Below, one piece after another: positions 8,450 to 18,660 of a DNA stretch of 64,000 nt. Within the stretch, counting starts at the first letter, position 1. Each line of letters begins with the position of its first letter. Position numbers and translations under genes: made by a program. The notes below the pieces were generated by a model that worked only from the letters and a program-made list of their open reading frames with translations, searched no databases and was not told where the DNA came from. The stretch covers positions 1,312,001-1,376,000 of the forward strand of contig OZ244170.1 of assembly GCA_965216565.1 (NCBI GenBank). The letters run 5' to 3'. The DNA comes from Bythopirellula sp. Lineage in GTDB: Bacteria > Planctomycetota > Planctomycetia > Pirellulales > Lacipirellulaceae.

Positions 8450-9847
8450 ATGAACGACTCTGTTGGCACGATTGCCAGATCACTAGTGACCGCCGTCCTG
8501 TCGGTTTTTCTGCTGTCCGCTGTATCTTATGGCCAACCGTCCGATGAACCTGAGGGAGCGACTGAAGAAACAGTACCCGAAGTAACTCAAAACGTCGAGG
8601 TAGAGCCACTGGCGGAAGACTCGGATATTGCTACACGCCTTACTCGAATCCTTGAAGCAACCGAGTGGTTCGTTGCACCGGAAGTGGAAGTTGATGAGGG
8701 CGTCGTTTTTCTAAGAGGAAAGGTAGATAGCGAACCTCACCGGGAGTGGGCTGGCAACTTGGCCGGTAAGACGCAAGACGTGGTCGCCGTTGTCAATCGC
8801 ATCGAAATCATCGAGAAATCGATATGGGATATGTCGCCGGCGTGGAACGAAATCAAAGAACTTGGAAAACAATCCGTACGCAATGCACCTCTATTTGCAG
8901 TTGGCATCTTGCTCATGGCAGCAACCTGGATGGCAACTCGCTGGGCAGTGAAGGCCGCTCGTTCTATTTTCAGCAGCCAATTCAAGAGCCAGCTTCTGCG
9001 AGATGTCGCTGCCCGTGCAATCGCCATACCAGTCTTCTTAATGGGCCTCTACTTGATACTGAAGGTATCCGGGCTAACTCAACTAGCAATGACCGTGATC
9101 GGGGGCACGGGATTGATTGGTCTGGTGATTGGTTTTGCATTTCGCGACATCGCAGAGAACTTTCTTGCCAGCATCTTGATAAGTATTCAGCATCCGTTTG
9201 CTCGTGGAGACAGGATTAGAGTCGCAGAATACGAAGGCTTTGTCCAAAGCGTCAATACACGGTCTACCCTGCTGATGACTCTGGAGGGGAATCACGTCCA
9301 GATCCCAAATTCCAAGATCTACAAAGAAACCATCACCAATTATACAGCGAATCCAAATGCGAGACTCGGCTTTACAATTGGAATCGGATACGAGGACTCT
9401 ATAGCACAAGCCCAGAGCATCGCGCTGGAAGTGCTGCGAGAGCATCCTGCCGTTGTCGATGATCCTGAGTCCTTAGTCTTGGTCGATGCATTGGGCGCCG
9501 CCACTGTGAATTTGCGCGTCTATTTTTGGGCAAACACTACCGAATTCAGCGACATTAAAGTCCGCTCAGCTGTGATTCGCCAGATCAAGAGCGCTTTTGA
9601 AGAACAAGGGATCTCTATGCCAGACGAAGCGCGGGAAGTGGTGTTCCCTTCCGGCGTACCTGTGCGAATGCTTTCAGATGAATCGGAGCAGCAGGCAGTT
9701 GCCAAGCAATCACGATCGGATTCTAGTCGGTCCGAAACGACAGTTCATAGCGCCGAAGGCGACCTGAAGAGCGAGTCGCATGAAATTAGCAAACAAGCCC
9801 AAAAAGCCCGCTCTCCTGAGGCCGGCGAAGATCTTCTTAAGGGTTAA
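8450..9847 (+). CDS. MscS family channel with N-terminal BON domain
   Basis: Signal peptide; BON-like VEVDEGVVFLRG...VVAVVNRI; GLVIGFAFRDIAENFLAS, PFARGD and IPNS. Confidence 0.88.
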   Translation: MNDSVGTIARSLVTAVLSVFLLSAVSYGQPSDEPEGATEETVPEVTQNVEVEPLAEDSDIATRLTRILEATEWFVAPEVEVDEGVVFLRGKVDSEPHREWAGNLAGKTQDVVAVVNRIEIIEKSIWDMSPAWNEIKELGKQSVRNAPLFAVGILLMAATWMATRWAVKAARSIFSSQFKSQLLRDVAARAIAIPVFLMGLYLILKVSGLTQLAMTVIGGTGLIGLVIGFAFRDIAENFLASILISIQHPFARGDRIRVAEYEGFVQSVNTRSTLLMTLEGNHVQIPNSKIYKETITNYTANPNARLGFTIGIGYEDSIAQAQSIALEVLREHPAVVDDPESLVLVDALGAATVNLRVYFWANTTEFSDIKVRSAVIRQIKSAFEEQGISMPDEAREVVFPSGVPVRMLSDESEQQAVAKQSRSDSSRSETTVHSAEGDLKSESHEISKQAQKARSPEAGEDLLKG

Positions 9848-9886
9848 CTTGCAAGCACAGTTGTGACCATTGAAGGGTAGACGAAT

Positions 9887-10270
9887 CTGGTCCACGGCTG
9901 CGACATTCAGTATGACCCCGAAATTGATAATGTATTCGAAAAAGCGGGTGTCGCGATCGAATGAACTGCGCCACGCACTCCGAACCCGAATGCATTTATC
10001 GAGTAAAGGATAAGTTCACTGAAGCGAGTGTGCCTCAACCGGTCTATTTGTTTCGGTGGTGAGCATATTGACCACATCGCTTCCGAGTATGGTGACTTTA
10101 CAATGGGAGTGAGGCCCCGTCAGCGCATGAATAATCGGCCACTACGAGTGAGCAGCAGTATAGGTCGACTGCGCGGCTGGCGACGCAAATCGTCGGCTGA
10201 TCTTCTTGATTGCGCAGACAGCGTTGCACTCAGAGATGAGATTCTCCTAAGCGGGTTGTGAGATCTATAA
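9887..10270 (+). pseudogene. Decayed integrase core (rve/DDE) transposase remnant
   Basis: Manual translation LVHGCDIQYDPEIDNVFEKAGVAIE*TAPRTPNPNAFIE*RISSLKRVCLNRSICFGGEHIDHIASEY / YN..RPRQRMNNRPL. This follows the HDRD...PN.NA..ER...K.ECL.....GE.HL...EY...RPHQ pattern, with two in-frame stops and a frameshift. Confidence 0.7.
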
Positions 10271-10563
10271 CTGGATGGCGAATTGTCAACTCTAGATGTA
10301 GGTTATTCAATCTTGTCGCTTAAGACTGCTCACAAGAGCCTTTTAGCGAGCTGCTATTTAGTCTATTGAAGAATACCTGTTTGTAGTGAAAATGAGATGG
10401 CTGATTCACATGCCATTGAAACTTTAATATGTCTCATGGTATTGAAGATGTGGCAGCCGTATATGATGACTACAATTGCGATCCTGGACACTGGGAATAG
10501 ATTACACATAAGGTATCACTCTTTCACAGTGAACGGCAAAACTCTTTTCTCGCGAGACCCACA

Positions 10564-13500
10564 GTGAATCTAAAATGGTTTCTCACAACAACTATTCTTG
10601 TGATGGTTGTCATAGGTTGTGAAGGAAATGCTCTCCAGGACGATGTGGAGGTTGCGGGAGAGATGGCCGTCCCTTCTGCGATCGATGCCGACGTTATTCC
10701 ACTTCATAACCGCGTGATTGGACAGATGGGACAGTTCAATTACGATGCCGCCGTGGCGGGCTATCGGCGGCTCGTCGATGCGTTTCCGCAAGCTGATCAA
10801 TTCAAAGTCGACTTGGCAATTGCCCTGCTCAACCGTCGACAGGAAAAGGACCTTTCAGAATCTGGGGAGCTACTCGCCAGCATCTTTGACTCCTCGCCTG
10901 AAGTCTTGCGTGCCAAGTATTGTCAGGCGTTGCTGCTTTTTCACGAAGGAAAAACTAAGGAGGCGAACCAGCTCTTTCGCAGCGTAGCGGAGGCTGATGA
11001 GGAAGATAGTTATGCTGTGTTCTACGTCGGGCAGACTGAGTTCTTATTAGCGAACTTTGAAACGGCCCTCGCGCAATTCGAGGAAGCGGCTCAGATTGAT
11101 CCATACTTGCGGAGTGCCTATTACGGCGCATTTCAGGCTGCCCAGCGATTGAAGCAACGGGATAAAGCGCGGGAGTACTTGAAGCTCTTTCAAAAGCTCG
11201 ATACGAACCCGCGGGCTCGCCTCGCGGAACTCAAATACACTCGGATGGGCCCCAAGGCAGAGGTCAGTCGACCCCGATCGGAAACGCCCCCTCCTGGGAG
11301 ACCGAAAGGTTCCATATTCGCTGCCCCTGCGCCCCTGGAGATTGAGAATTTCAGCGCGACTGACTGGGCCGGCAATGATGCATCGATACCGAGCATCACG
11401 ATTGCGGATTTGAACAGTGATGGGCACAGTGACCTTTTTATTCCCAGAATAGCCGCTACTGAAGAACAGGCATCCACCAATCTAGTATTGCTGGGCTCTG
11501 AGGATGGGTTTCGCCGAGACGTAGATTCACCGCTTGCGAATGTTGGACAGGTGAATACAGCACTTTGGGGAGACTACGATGACGATGGCCTGACTGACGC
11601 TTACCTCTGTCGGAATGGACCGAACCAATTGTGGCGTCAGGATCCCGCGGGGGAATGGCAAAATCTCACCGAAGTGACAAGGATATCGGCCGGTGATAAC
11701 AAAACAATTGATGGAGCCTGTTACGATGCCGATCACGATGGCGATCTAGATTACCTTCTGGTCAACTCCGACGCACCTTTTGAGCTATTGAATAACAACC
11801 GAGACGGCACATTCCGCGCTGTGGCAGATGAGATGGGGATTGAGGGCGACCGTCAGGGGACTCGTTTGATCGTGGCTGATGTGGACAGAGATGACGATGC
11901 GGACCTGATCCTCGTTAACGAGAAACCCCCTCACCAAGTGTATCTGAATGATCGCCTCTGGAGGTATCACCCCGCCTCCGGCTTCGAACAACTGAAAGGG
12001 ACGCCAATTGAGGCGGCCTTGGCTGTTGATGCCGATGTGGATGGGCAGGTGGAAATTTACTCATTCGGGGAAAAAGGTCTGCAACGTTGGCAGCCCGATG
12101 AAGAAGATCAGTGGCAGGCTGAGCAACTAGGGACACAAAAGGGCGAGAAGAATGCTGGCTCAGCCACATTACTAATGCAAGACTTCGACGGCGATACAGA
12201 GCTGGAAATCGCTTTGCAAGTCGGCTCTGGGATTCAGTTGCTTGACCTGGAGGGAAAAGAACTTGAGAGTCTACAGCACAAAAATCTCGTGGGCCCGGTT
12301 GCGGCTCGCGCACAATTGAATGGCCCGGATTTGATTGCATTCAGTTCTCAGGGGCCTCCCTTGCATTGGGCGGCGGGTGAGGGTCGTTTCGATTTTGCAT
12401 TGCTCAGTCTGTCTGGGAAAACCGATAAAGCAGCCGAGATGCGCTCCAACGCGTCAGGAATTGGAGTGCGAGGTGCTGCGCGGATTGGCTCGCGCTGGTC
12501 GCCGGTCTCTCCTTGGCGGCTCCATTCTGGGCCCGGCCAAAGCCTGCAGCCCCTCGCTATCGGATTGGCTGGTGCAGATGAGATCGATTATCTCCAACTT
12601 GTCTGGCCAGATAGTGTTTCTCAAACCGAAACCAATCTCGCTGCGGGACAGATGCATCGGATCGCAGAAACGCAACGTCAGGCAGGTAGTTGCCCTTTAG
12701 TTTTTGTTTGGGATGGCGAGCAATTCCGGTTCGTAGCCGATATCCTTGGAGCGGGTGGGATTGGATTCAATCTTGGTCGAGGTGAATACTACCCTCCGCG
12801 ACCAACGGAGTCACTCATGTTGTCTGCCGACAGTATTCACCCAAGAGATGGCAGGATCGTCATCAAGCTCGGCGAACCGATGGAGGAGATTTGCTACTTC
12901 GATGGAGTTGGCTTGTCAGCGGTCGATTTGCCTGAGGAATACCAAATAGTCCTCGACGAAAGATTTGGGGGGACTGATCCTCAACCCACGGGTGCGTCGG
13001 TAATCTACCGCTCCGAGTTCCTGCCCATCCACGCAACCAATAATCGCGGCGAAGACATCACCACCACATTGGCCAGTGTAGATCGCGTGGCTGCTCCGCT
13101 GAGACGAACCGATCGGCGTTTTATTGGGCTGACGGATCCCCATGCGATCACCCTAACATTCGCCCAACCGCTCAGCGAGTTGGAAAACCCGGTACTTATT
13201 TTCGATGGCTGGGTGGAATATGCGTATTCGCAAACTGCCTTTGCTGCTTGGCAAGCAGGGTTGGAATACCTGGAGCCAACGATTGAAGCCAGGGATGAAA
13301 ATGGCCAATGGCAAATGGTACTGGAAAGGTTTGGCTATATGGCGGGAACCCCTCGACGTTCCAGTGTGCCGATTCCCAAACACAAACTACCCAAGGGTGC
13401 CACAGAGCTTCGCATAAGCAGCAATATGCAGATTTATTGGGATCGCATTTCCGTTGTCGAGTCAATTCACGACTACCAAGTCAACCTCCGAGAACTTCAA

Positions 13501-13926
13501 TTGGAAACGGCAGTAGTTCAGGATGTGGGATTCTCGCAAAGAACACTCTTTGATCAGCGGTATTCCGTCTACAGCTATCAAGATCGGCCTCCTTTCGGAG
13601 ACGCTCGCCATCCACGCGGATTCTACACCTCGTTGGGCGAAGCAAGAGAGCTGGTAAGATCGACAGACGATGCGGTTGCAATTATCGGCCCAGGGGAGGA
13701 GGTGCACTTGGAGTTTGCTCAGGCGAGCAAGAACGTGCCAGACGGTCATCGTCGCTTCTACATTTTGCAGGTCGATGGTTGGTGTAAAGATTCTGATTCG
13801 TTCACCAAAGACTCTCGCAGCGTTGAGCCTCTGCCTACACGCGGTATTCCCCTCTCTGAGGAAGAGCAGGCCCATCGCAATAAGCTACATTCTGAGTATA
13901 ATACGAGATATCGTTCCGGCTGGTAA
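10564..13926 (+). CDS. Large lipoprotein: TPR repeats + FG-GAP repeats + ASPIC/UnbV-like domain + C-terminal SCP-motif domain
   Basis: Lipobox VVIGC; TPR helices; repeated D-x-[DN]-x-D-G-x-x-D (ADLNSDGHSD, GDYDDDGLTD, DADHDGDLD); SNASGIG...GLAG...VWPD; GSCPLVFVWDG. Confidence 0.85.
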   Translation: MNLKWFLTTTILVMVVIGCEGNALQDDVEVAGEMAVPSAIDADVIPLHNRVIGQMGQFNYDAAVAGYRRLVDAFPQADQFKVDLAIALLNRRQEKDLSESGELLASIFDSSPEVLRAKYCQALLLFHEGKTKEANQLFRSVAEADEEDSYAVFYVGQTEFLLANFETALAQFEEAAQIDPYLRSAYYGAFQAAQRLKQRDKAREYLKLFQKLDTNPRARLAELKYTRMGPKAEVSRPRSETPPPGRPKGSIFAAPAPLEIENFSATDWAGNDASIPSITIADLNSDGHSDLFIPRIAATEEQASTNLVLLGSEDGFRRDVDSPLANVGQVNTALWGDYDDDGLTDAYLCRNGPNQLWRQDPAGEWQNLTEVTRISAGDNKTIDGACYDADHDGDLDYLLVNSDAPFELLNNNRDGTFRAVADEMGIEGDRQGTRLIVADVDRDDDADLILVNEKPPHQVYLNDRLWRYHPASGFEQLKGTPIEAALAVDADVDGQVEIYSFGEKGLQRWQPDEEDQWQAEQLGTQKGEKNAGSATLLMQDFDGDTELEIALQVGSGIQLLDLEGKELESLQHKNLVGPVAARAQLNGPDLIAFSSQGPPLHWAAGEGRFDFALLSLSGKTDKAAEMRSNASGIGVRGAARIGSRWSPVSPWRLHSGPGQSLQPLAIGLAGADEIDYLQLVWPDSVSQTETNLAAGQMHRIAETQRQAGSCPLVFVWDGEQFRFVADILGAGGIGFNLGRGEYYPPRPTESLMLSADSIHPRDGRIVIKLGEPMEEICYFDGVGLSAVDLPEEYQIVLDERFGGTDPQPTGASVIYRSEFLPIHATNNRGEDITTTLASVDRVAAPLRRTDRRFIGLTDPHAITLTFAQPLSELENPVLIFDGWVEYAYSQTAFAAWQAGLEYLEPTIEARDENGQWQMVLERFGYMAGTPRRSSVPIPKHKLPKGATELRISSNMQIYWDRISVVESIHDYQVNLRELQLETAVVQDVGFSQRTLFDQRYSVYSYQDRPPFGDARHPRGFYTSLGEARELVRSTDDAVAIIGPGEEVHLEFAQASKNVPDGHRRFYILQVDGWCKDSDSFTKDSRSVEPLPTRGIPLSEEEQAHRNKLHSEYNTRYRSGW

Positions 13927-13956
13927 ACGAGTCTCATTGCATCGTCTTCTACTGTT

Positions 13957-16797
13957 ATGGCTTCTGCTCAAACGTCTGCCAGGCGCAAGCCATATGTTCC
14001 TGCAGTAACCCCACGGTTGCGGGTTTTTCTGACGATCGTTTTTGTATTGGTCGCATTGCTGGGCGCCAATTCGATCTATCTCGTGACCGTGACGATCCTC
14101 GAGGCGATTAGCACGAAGACCTACCAGAACTACTTCTACCAATTCATGTTCCTGGGGCACCTCGTACTGGGGATTCTACTGATCGTCCCATTCTTGGTCT
14201 TCGCTATTCCCCACATGCGAAATACCTGGCAGCGGAAGAATCGCCGTGCCGTGTGGATGGGCTATGCCCTGTTTGGGACCTCTCTCCTACTTCTGGTTTC
14301 CGGGCTGTTGCTCACGCGCGTTGGACCTCTAGAGATCAAAGGGCCCACTAAGCGAGCTGTCATTTACTGGTTGCACGTCATTGCCCCTTTGGTTGTCGTC
14401 TGGCTCTATTGGCTACACCGGCTAGCGGGGCCGCGTATCAAGTGGAAGTTGGGGCTCGGGTATCTGTTGTTTGTTGGATTCCTGGGGGCCACGATGATTG
14501 GGTTTCAGAATTCTGACCCGCGAAACTGGTACCAAATCGGATCTCCCGAGGGTACCAAGTACTTTGAGCCTTCCCTTGCCAGAACAGCCAATGGAAAATT
14601 TATTTCAGGGGAAGCGTTGGACAATAACGCCTACTGCCAGGAATGTCATGCCGACGTCCATCAAGGTTGGGCTGAGAGTGCCCACCGATTTAGCTCGTTC
14701 AACAACCCCGCCTACCTGGCAAGTGTGCGCGAGACTCGGCAGTTTTCGCTGACCCGGGATGGGGACGTGCGTCGGTCGAGATTTTGCGCTGGCTGCCACG
14801 ATCCCGTTCCCTTCTTCTCCGGTCAGTTTGATGACCCCAACTTCGACGATGTTCGCAATCCAACCGCCCATGCCGGGATCACCTGCACCGTGTGTCATGC
14901 CATTACCAACATCAATAGCCCGCGCGGCAATGCCGATTACACCATCGAAGAGCCGCTCCACTACCCGTTCGCATATAGCGAAAACGAATTGCTGCAGTGG
15001 CTAAACCGGCAACTGATTAAAGCGAAACCTTCTTTTCACAAAAAGACTTTCCTGAAGCCGTTTCACGAGTCGGCTGAGTTCTGTAGCACTTGTCACAAAG
15101 TACATCTTCCGCAAGAACTCAACGATTACAAATTCTTGCGTGGCCAGAACCACTACGATTCTTTTTTGCTCAGCGGAGTCTCAGGGCATGGTTCGCGAAG
15201 TTTCTACTATCCAAAGCAAGCGGAAGAGAACTGCAACGATTGCCATATGCCTTTAACCGAGTCGGATGACTTTGGGGCACGCATTTACCCAGGAAGCGAC
15301 TCGTTGAGTGTCCACGATCATTTGTTCCCTGGCGGTAACACGGCGCTGCCTCATTGGCGCAAGAATGAGGAAATCGTGAACCGGCAACAGGATATCTTGG
15401 AAGGATCCGTGCGTGTCGACATCTTTGGAGTTCGGGAAGAAGGCAGAATCGACGGCGAGCTGACAGCGCCACTTCGGCCAGAATCAAAGGTATTGGCACC
15501 TGGCTCGACTTACCTGTTCGAAGTCGTGGTCCGAACTTTGAAACTAGGGCATTTATTCACACAGGGAACGGCTGATTCCAACGAAGTCTGGCTGGAAGTT
15601 ACCCTCAAGAGCGGGGATCAGGTCATTGGCCAAAGCGGTAAGATCGACGATTCCTCTCGTGTCGATCCTTGGTCTCATTTCATCAATGTCTTCATGCTCG
15701 ATCGTGAAGGGAATCGGATCGCCCAGCGGAATGCAGAAGACATCTTCGTTCCTCTCTACAATCATCAAATTCCGCCCGGAGCGGGGCAGACAGTTCACTA
15801 TCAGGCAACTATCCCTGCAGAGGCTACTGAACCAATCGTCCTAGAGGTGAAACTCAAGTATCGAAAGTTTGATCGAGACTTTGTTGCTTTCATGGCTAAG
15901 ACACTAGCTCCTGAGGAACTTCCGCGAGGCATCAAGGAAGCCGAAGGCAGGATTGTGAATTCGTTGCCCGTCACCACTTTGGCCAATGATCGTATTGAGT
16001 TTTCTATCGAAGGGCAGGATGAACTGGCCGCAAATCCCGCCCGAAATATTCCTGACTGGCAACGATGGAATGATTACGGCATCGGTTTGTTGCTGAAGGG
16101 TCGGGGGCAGCTTCGCCAGGCGGAGGATGCTTTCACAGAAGTCGAAACGCTAGGTCGGTACGATGGACCGTTGAATCTTGCTCGAGTCTATTTCTCAGAG
16201 GGCCGACTCGACGAAGCGGTCGCTGCCATTGAACGAGCAGTCGAGCACAAGAGTCCCGCTGCACCCCCGTGGACCATGGCCTGGCTAAGCGGAATCGTCA
16301 ATCGGCAACAGGGACATCTTGAGAGTGCAATTAAGAACTTTCAAGCTGTGCTCTCCAAGCCAAACCAGGCGATGCGTTCTCGCAACTTCGACTTCCGATT
16401 AGACTATGAGGTGATCAATCTGCTTGGTCAAACTCTTTTTGAACGTGCTCGGCAACTACGCGGCAAGCAAAACAGTACTCTTCGGCAAGCACTCTTCGAG
16501 CAGGCAGAAGAACAGTTCCTGACCACTTTGGTGATCGATCCGGAGAATGTCGACGCGCACTACGGCTTGAACCGACTTTATACGGCAATGGGCAAGAGTG
16601 AGCTTTCACTGAAACACCAGCAGCTTCACGAGAAGTATCGTCCTGACGATAATGCGCGCGACCAGGCTGTAAGAGCCGCCCGGCAGAAGTACCCCGCTGC
16701 AAACCATGCGGCTGAAGCGGTAGTGATTTACGATCTGCAAAGGCCGAGTGAGCAGCTTGAGAGAGAGGCTGGCGTTGGTAATTCCGCCAGCAAATAA
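13957..16797 (+). CDS. Membrane-anchored pentaheme c-type cytochrome fused to C-terminal TPR repeats
   Basis: About five N-terminal TM helices with His residues; five CxxCH motifs (CQECH, CAGCH, CTVCH, CSTCH, CNDCH); TPR C-terminus. Confidence 0.88.
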   Translation: MASAQTSARRKPYVPAVTPRLRVFLTIVFVLVALLGANSIYLVTVTILEAISTKTYQNYFYQFMFLGHLVLGILLIVPFLVFAIPHMRNTWQRKNRRAVWMGYALFGTSLLLLVSGLLLTRVGPLEIKGPTKRAVIYWLHVIAPLVVVWLYWLHRLAGPRIKWKLGLGYLLFVGFLGATMIGFQNSDPRNWYQIGSPEGTKYFEPSLARTANGKFISGEALDNNAYCQECHADVHQGWAESAHRFSSFNNPAYLASVRETRQFSLTRDGDVRRSRFCAGCHDPVPFFSGQFDDPNFDDVRNPTAHAGITCTVCHAITNINSPRGNADYTIEEPLHYPFAYSENELLQWLNRQLIKAKPSFHKKTFLKPFHESAEFCSTCHKVHLPQELNDYKFLRGQNHYDSFLLSGVSGHGSRSFYYPKQAEENCNDCHMPLTESDDFGARIYPGSDSLSVHDHLFPGGNTALPHWRKNEEIVNRQQDILEGSVRVDIFGVREEGRIDGELTAPLRPESKVLAPGSTYLFEVVVRTLKLGHLFTQGTADSNEVWLEVTLKSGDQVIGQSGKIDDSSRVDPWSHFINVFMLDREGNRIAQRNAEDIFVPLYNHQIPPGAGQTVHYQATIPAEATEPIVLEVKLKYRKFDRDFVAFMAKTLAPEELPRGIKEAEGRIVNSLPVTTLANDRIEFSIEGQDELAANPARNIPDWQRWNDYGIGLLLKGRGQLRQAEDAFTEVETLGRYDGPLNLARVYFSEGRLDEAVAAIERAVEHKSPAAPPWTMAWLSGIVNRQQGHLESAIKNFQAVLSKPNQAMRSRNFDFRLDYEVINLLGQTLFERARQLRGKQNSTLRQALFEQAEEQFLTTLVIDPENVDAHYGLNRLYTAMGKSELSLKHQQLHEKYRPDDNARDQAVRAARQKYPAANHAAEAVVIYDLQRPSEQLEREAGVGNSASK

Positions 16798-16824
16798 CAT
16801 CTATTAATAACTGAGGGCAATGCG

Positions 16825-18660
16825 TTGATTCCCCCACAAGAACCCGACGATACGACCCAAGACGATGCCATCATCGGCCAGGCTTTCAAGTGGTCGCTGA
16901 TTGTTTTCGTATCGGTAGCTGCTGTGGTAGGAGCAATCGTTTGGTTTTATCGCGCGGGAAGTGAACCTGTTGAGGAAAGTCAACCGGAGGTCTCGTTACC
17001 GGAAGTACGAAGCCAGGCGATTGAGACTGTCCCCGATTTGCCATTCACAAATGTTACTGACGCAGCGGGCATCACTTTTGTTCACGAAAACGGTGCTGTG
17101 GGTGAAAAGCTCCTTCCAGAAACCATGGGGGGAGGAGTGGCTTTCTTGGACTACGACAGTGACGGCGATCAAGACCTTCTCTTGGTGAACTCTTCGGTGT
17201 GGGATGACGTCTCGCCTGACAACCGGCCAACAACTGCCCTGTTCGAAAACGATGGTCTCGGACAATTCACCGATGTTAGCGTTCAGGCTGGGATTGATGT
17301 GAATTGCTATGGCATGGGGGTCGCTGTTGGCGACTACGATAATGACGGCGATCCAGACGTATTTATCTCTGCCGTGGGATATAACATTCTGCTGCGAAAC
17401 GATAACGCTGTTTTTGTTGATGTCTCAAAGGAAGCTAGAGTGCAAGGCGAGGAAGATCGCTGGAGCACCAGTAGTGGCTGGCTAGACTACGATAACGATG
17501 GCGATTTGGACTTGCTGGTGGGCAACTATGTGCAATGGTCCGCCGAAATTGATCGTGCGCAAGATTTTCGCTTGACCGGCATCGGTAGAGCCTATGGCCC
17601 CCCTTTTTCCTTTCAGGGCACATTTCCCTACCTCTATCGCAACGAAGGCGATGGCACTTTCACTGATGTATCTACACCCAGCGGCATCCAGGTTAAAAAC
17701 GAGGCCACGGGCGTACCGCTCGCAAAGACCTTGGGGGTCGCGATTGTCGATGTGAACCACGATGGCTGGGTCGACATCGTACTTGCCAACGATACCGTCC
17801 AGAATCAATTGCTGGTCAATCAGCAAGATGGAACTTTCGTTGACGATGGTATCGCCTCTGGAATTGCTTTCGATGCCAGCGGTAAGGCACGCGGTGCAAT
17901 GGGAATCGACGTCGGTTGCTTCCGAAACGACGATTGTCTGGCGATCGCCATTGGTAACTTTGCAAACGAGATGAGCGCACTTTATGTCTCAGACGGAACG
18001 GACGTCGTGTTTACTGATGACGCCATTCCGAGTGGACTTGGCCCTCAAACTCGTAGCGACCTCTGCTTCGGACTATTCTTCTTTGACGTCGATTTGGATG
18101 GACGGCTAGATCTATTCGCGGCCAATGGGCATCTAGAGGACGACATCAATCTGGTGCAAAAAAGTCAGTACTACCAGCAGCCTCCCAAGTTGTTCTGGAA
18201 CGCCGGATTCAGCGGCGATACTGAGTTTGTAGCCGTATCCAAATCAAACATGGCAGACCTGGCCAGTGCCTTGGTGGGCAGAGGCGCGGCCTATGCCGAC
18301 ATCGATGCCGACGGAGATCTAGATATCGTCATTACACAAGTCGATGGTCCTCCCGCTGTGTTGAGAAACGATCAACAAACGAACCATCATTTTTTGCGAC
18401 TAAAGCTAGTCGGTGAAACTTGCAATCGCGATGCAGTCGGCGCCTGGGTCGAAGTGCGGCAAGGAGAACAGACTCTAAAGCGTCGAGTGATGCCCACGCG
18501 CAGCTACTTGTCACAGGTGGAATTGCCGGTGACAATTGGGCTGGGCAATGATCCAAGCGTTGATGAAGTACGCGTGCATTGGCCTGGCGGAAACATGCAG
18601 ACCGTAGAGGATATTGTCTTGGACGGCTTAACAATCGTGAGACAGCAGACCGATGAATAA
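16825..18660 (+). CDS. CRTAC1-family FG-GAP / ASPIC-UnbV protein
   Basis: N-terminal TM; ETMGGGVAFLDYDSDGDQD, many FG-GAP repeats; NRDAVGA...RSYLSQ...IGLG...VHWPGG. Confidence 0.9.
   Translation: MIPPQEPDDTTQDDAIIGQAFKWSLIVFVSVAAVVGAIVWFYRAGSEPVEESQPEVSLPEVRSQAIETVPDLPFTNVTDAAGITFVHENGAVGEKLLPETMGGGVAFLDYDSDGDQDLLLVNSSVWDDVSPDNRPTTALFENDGLGQFTDVSVQAGIDVNCYGMGVAVGDYDNDGDPDVFISAVGYNILLRNDNAVFVDVSKEARVQGEEDRWSTSSGWLDYDNDGDLDLLVGNYVQWSAEIDRAQDFRLTGIGRAYGPPFSFQGTFPYLYRNEGDGTFTDVSTPSGIQVKNEATGVPLAKTLGVAIVDVNHDGWVDIVLANDTVQNQLLVNQQDGTFVDDGIASGIAFDASGKARGAMGIDVGCFRNDDCLAIAIGNFANEMSALYVSDGTDVVFTDDAIPSGLGPQTRSDLCFGLFFFDVDLDGRLDLFAANGHLEDDINLVQKSQYYQQPPKLFWNAGFSGDTEFVAVSKSNMADLASALVGRGAAYADIDADGDLDIVITQVDGPPAVLRNDQQTNHHFLRLKLVGETCNRDAVGAWVEVRQGEQTLKRRVMPTRSYLSQVELPVTIGLGNDPSVDEVRVHWPGGNMQTVEDIVLDGLTIVRQQTDE

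Noticed and set aside
10028..10261. 77-aa ORF as an independent gene
   Set aside because: It is one frame of the decayed transposase remnant.
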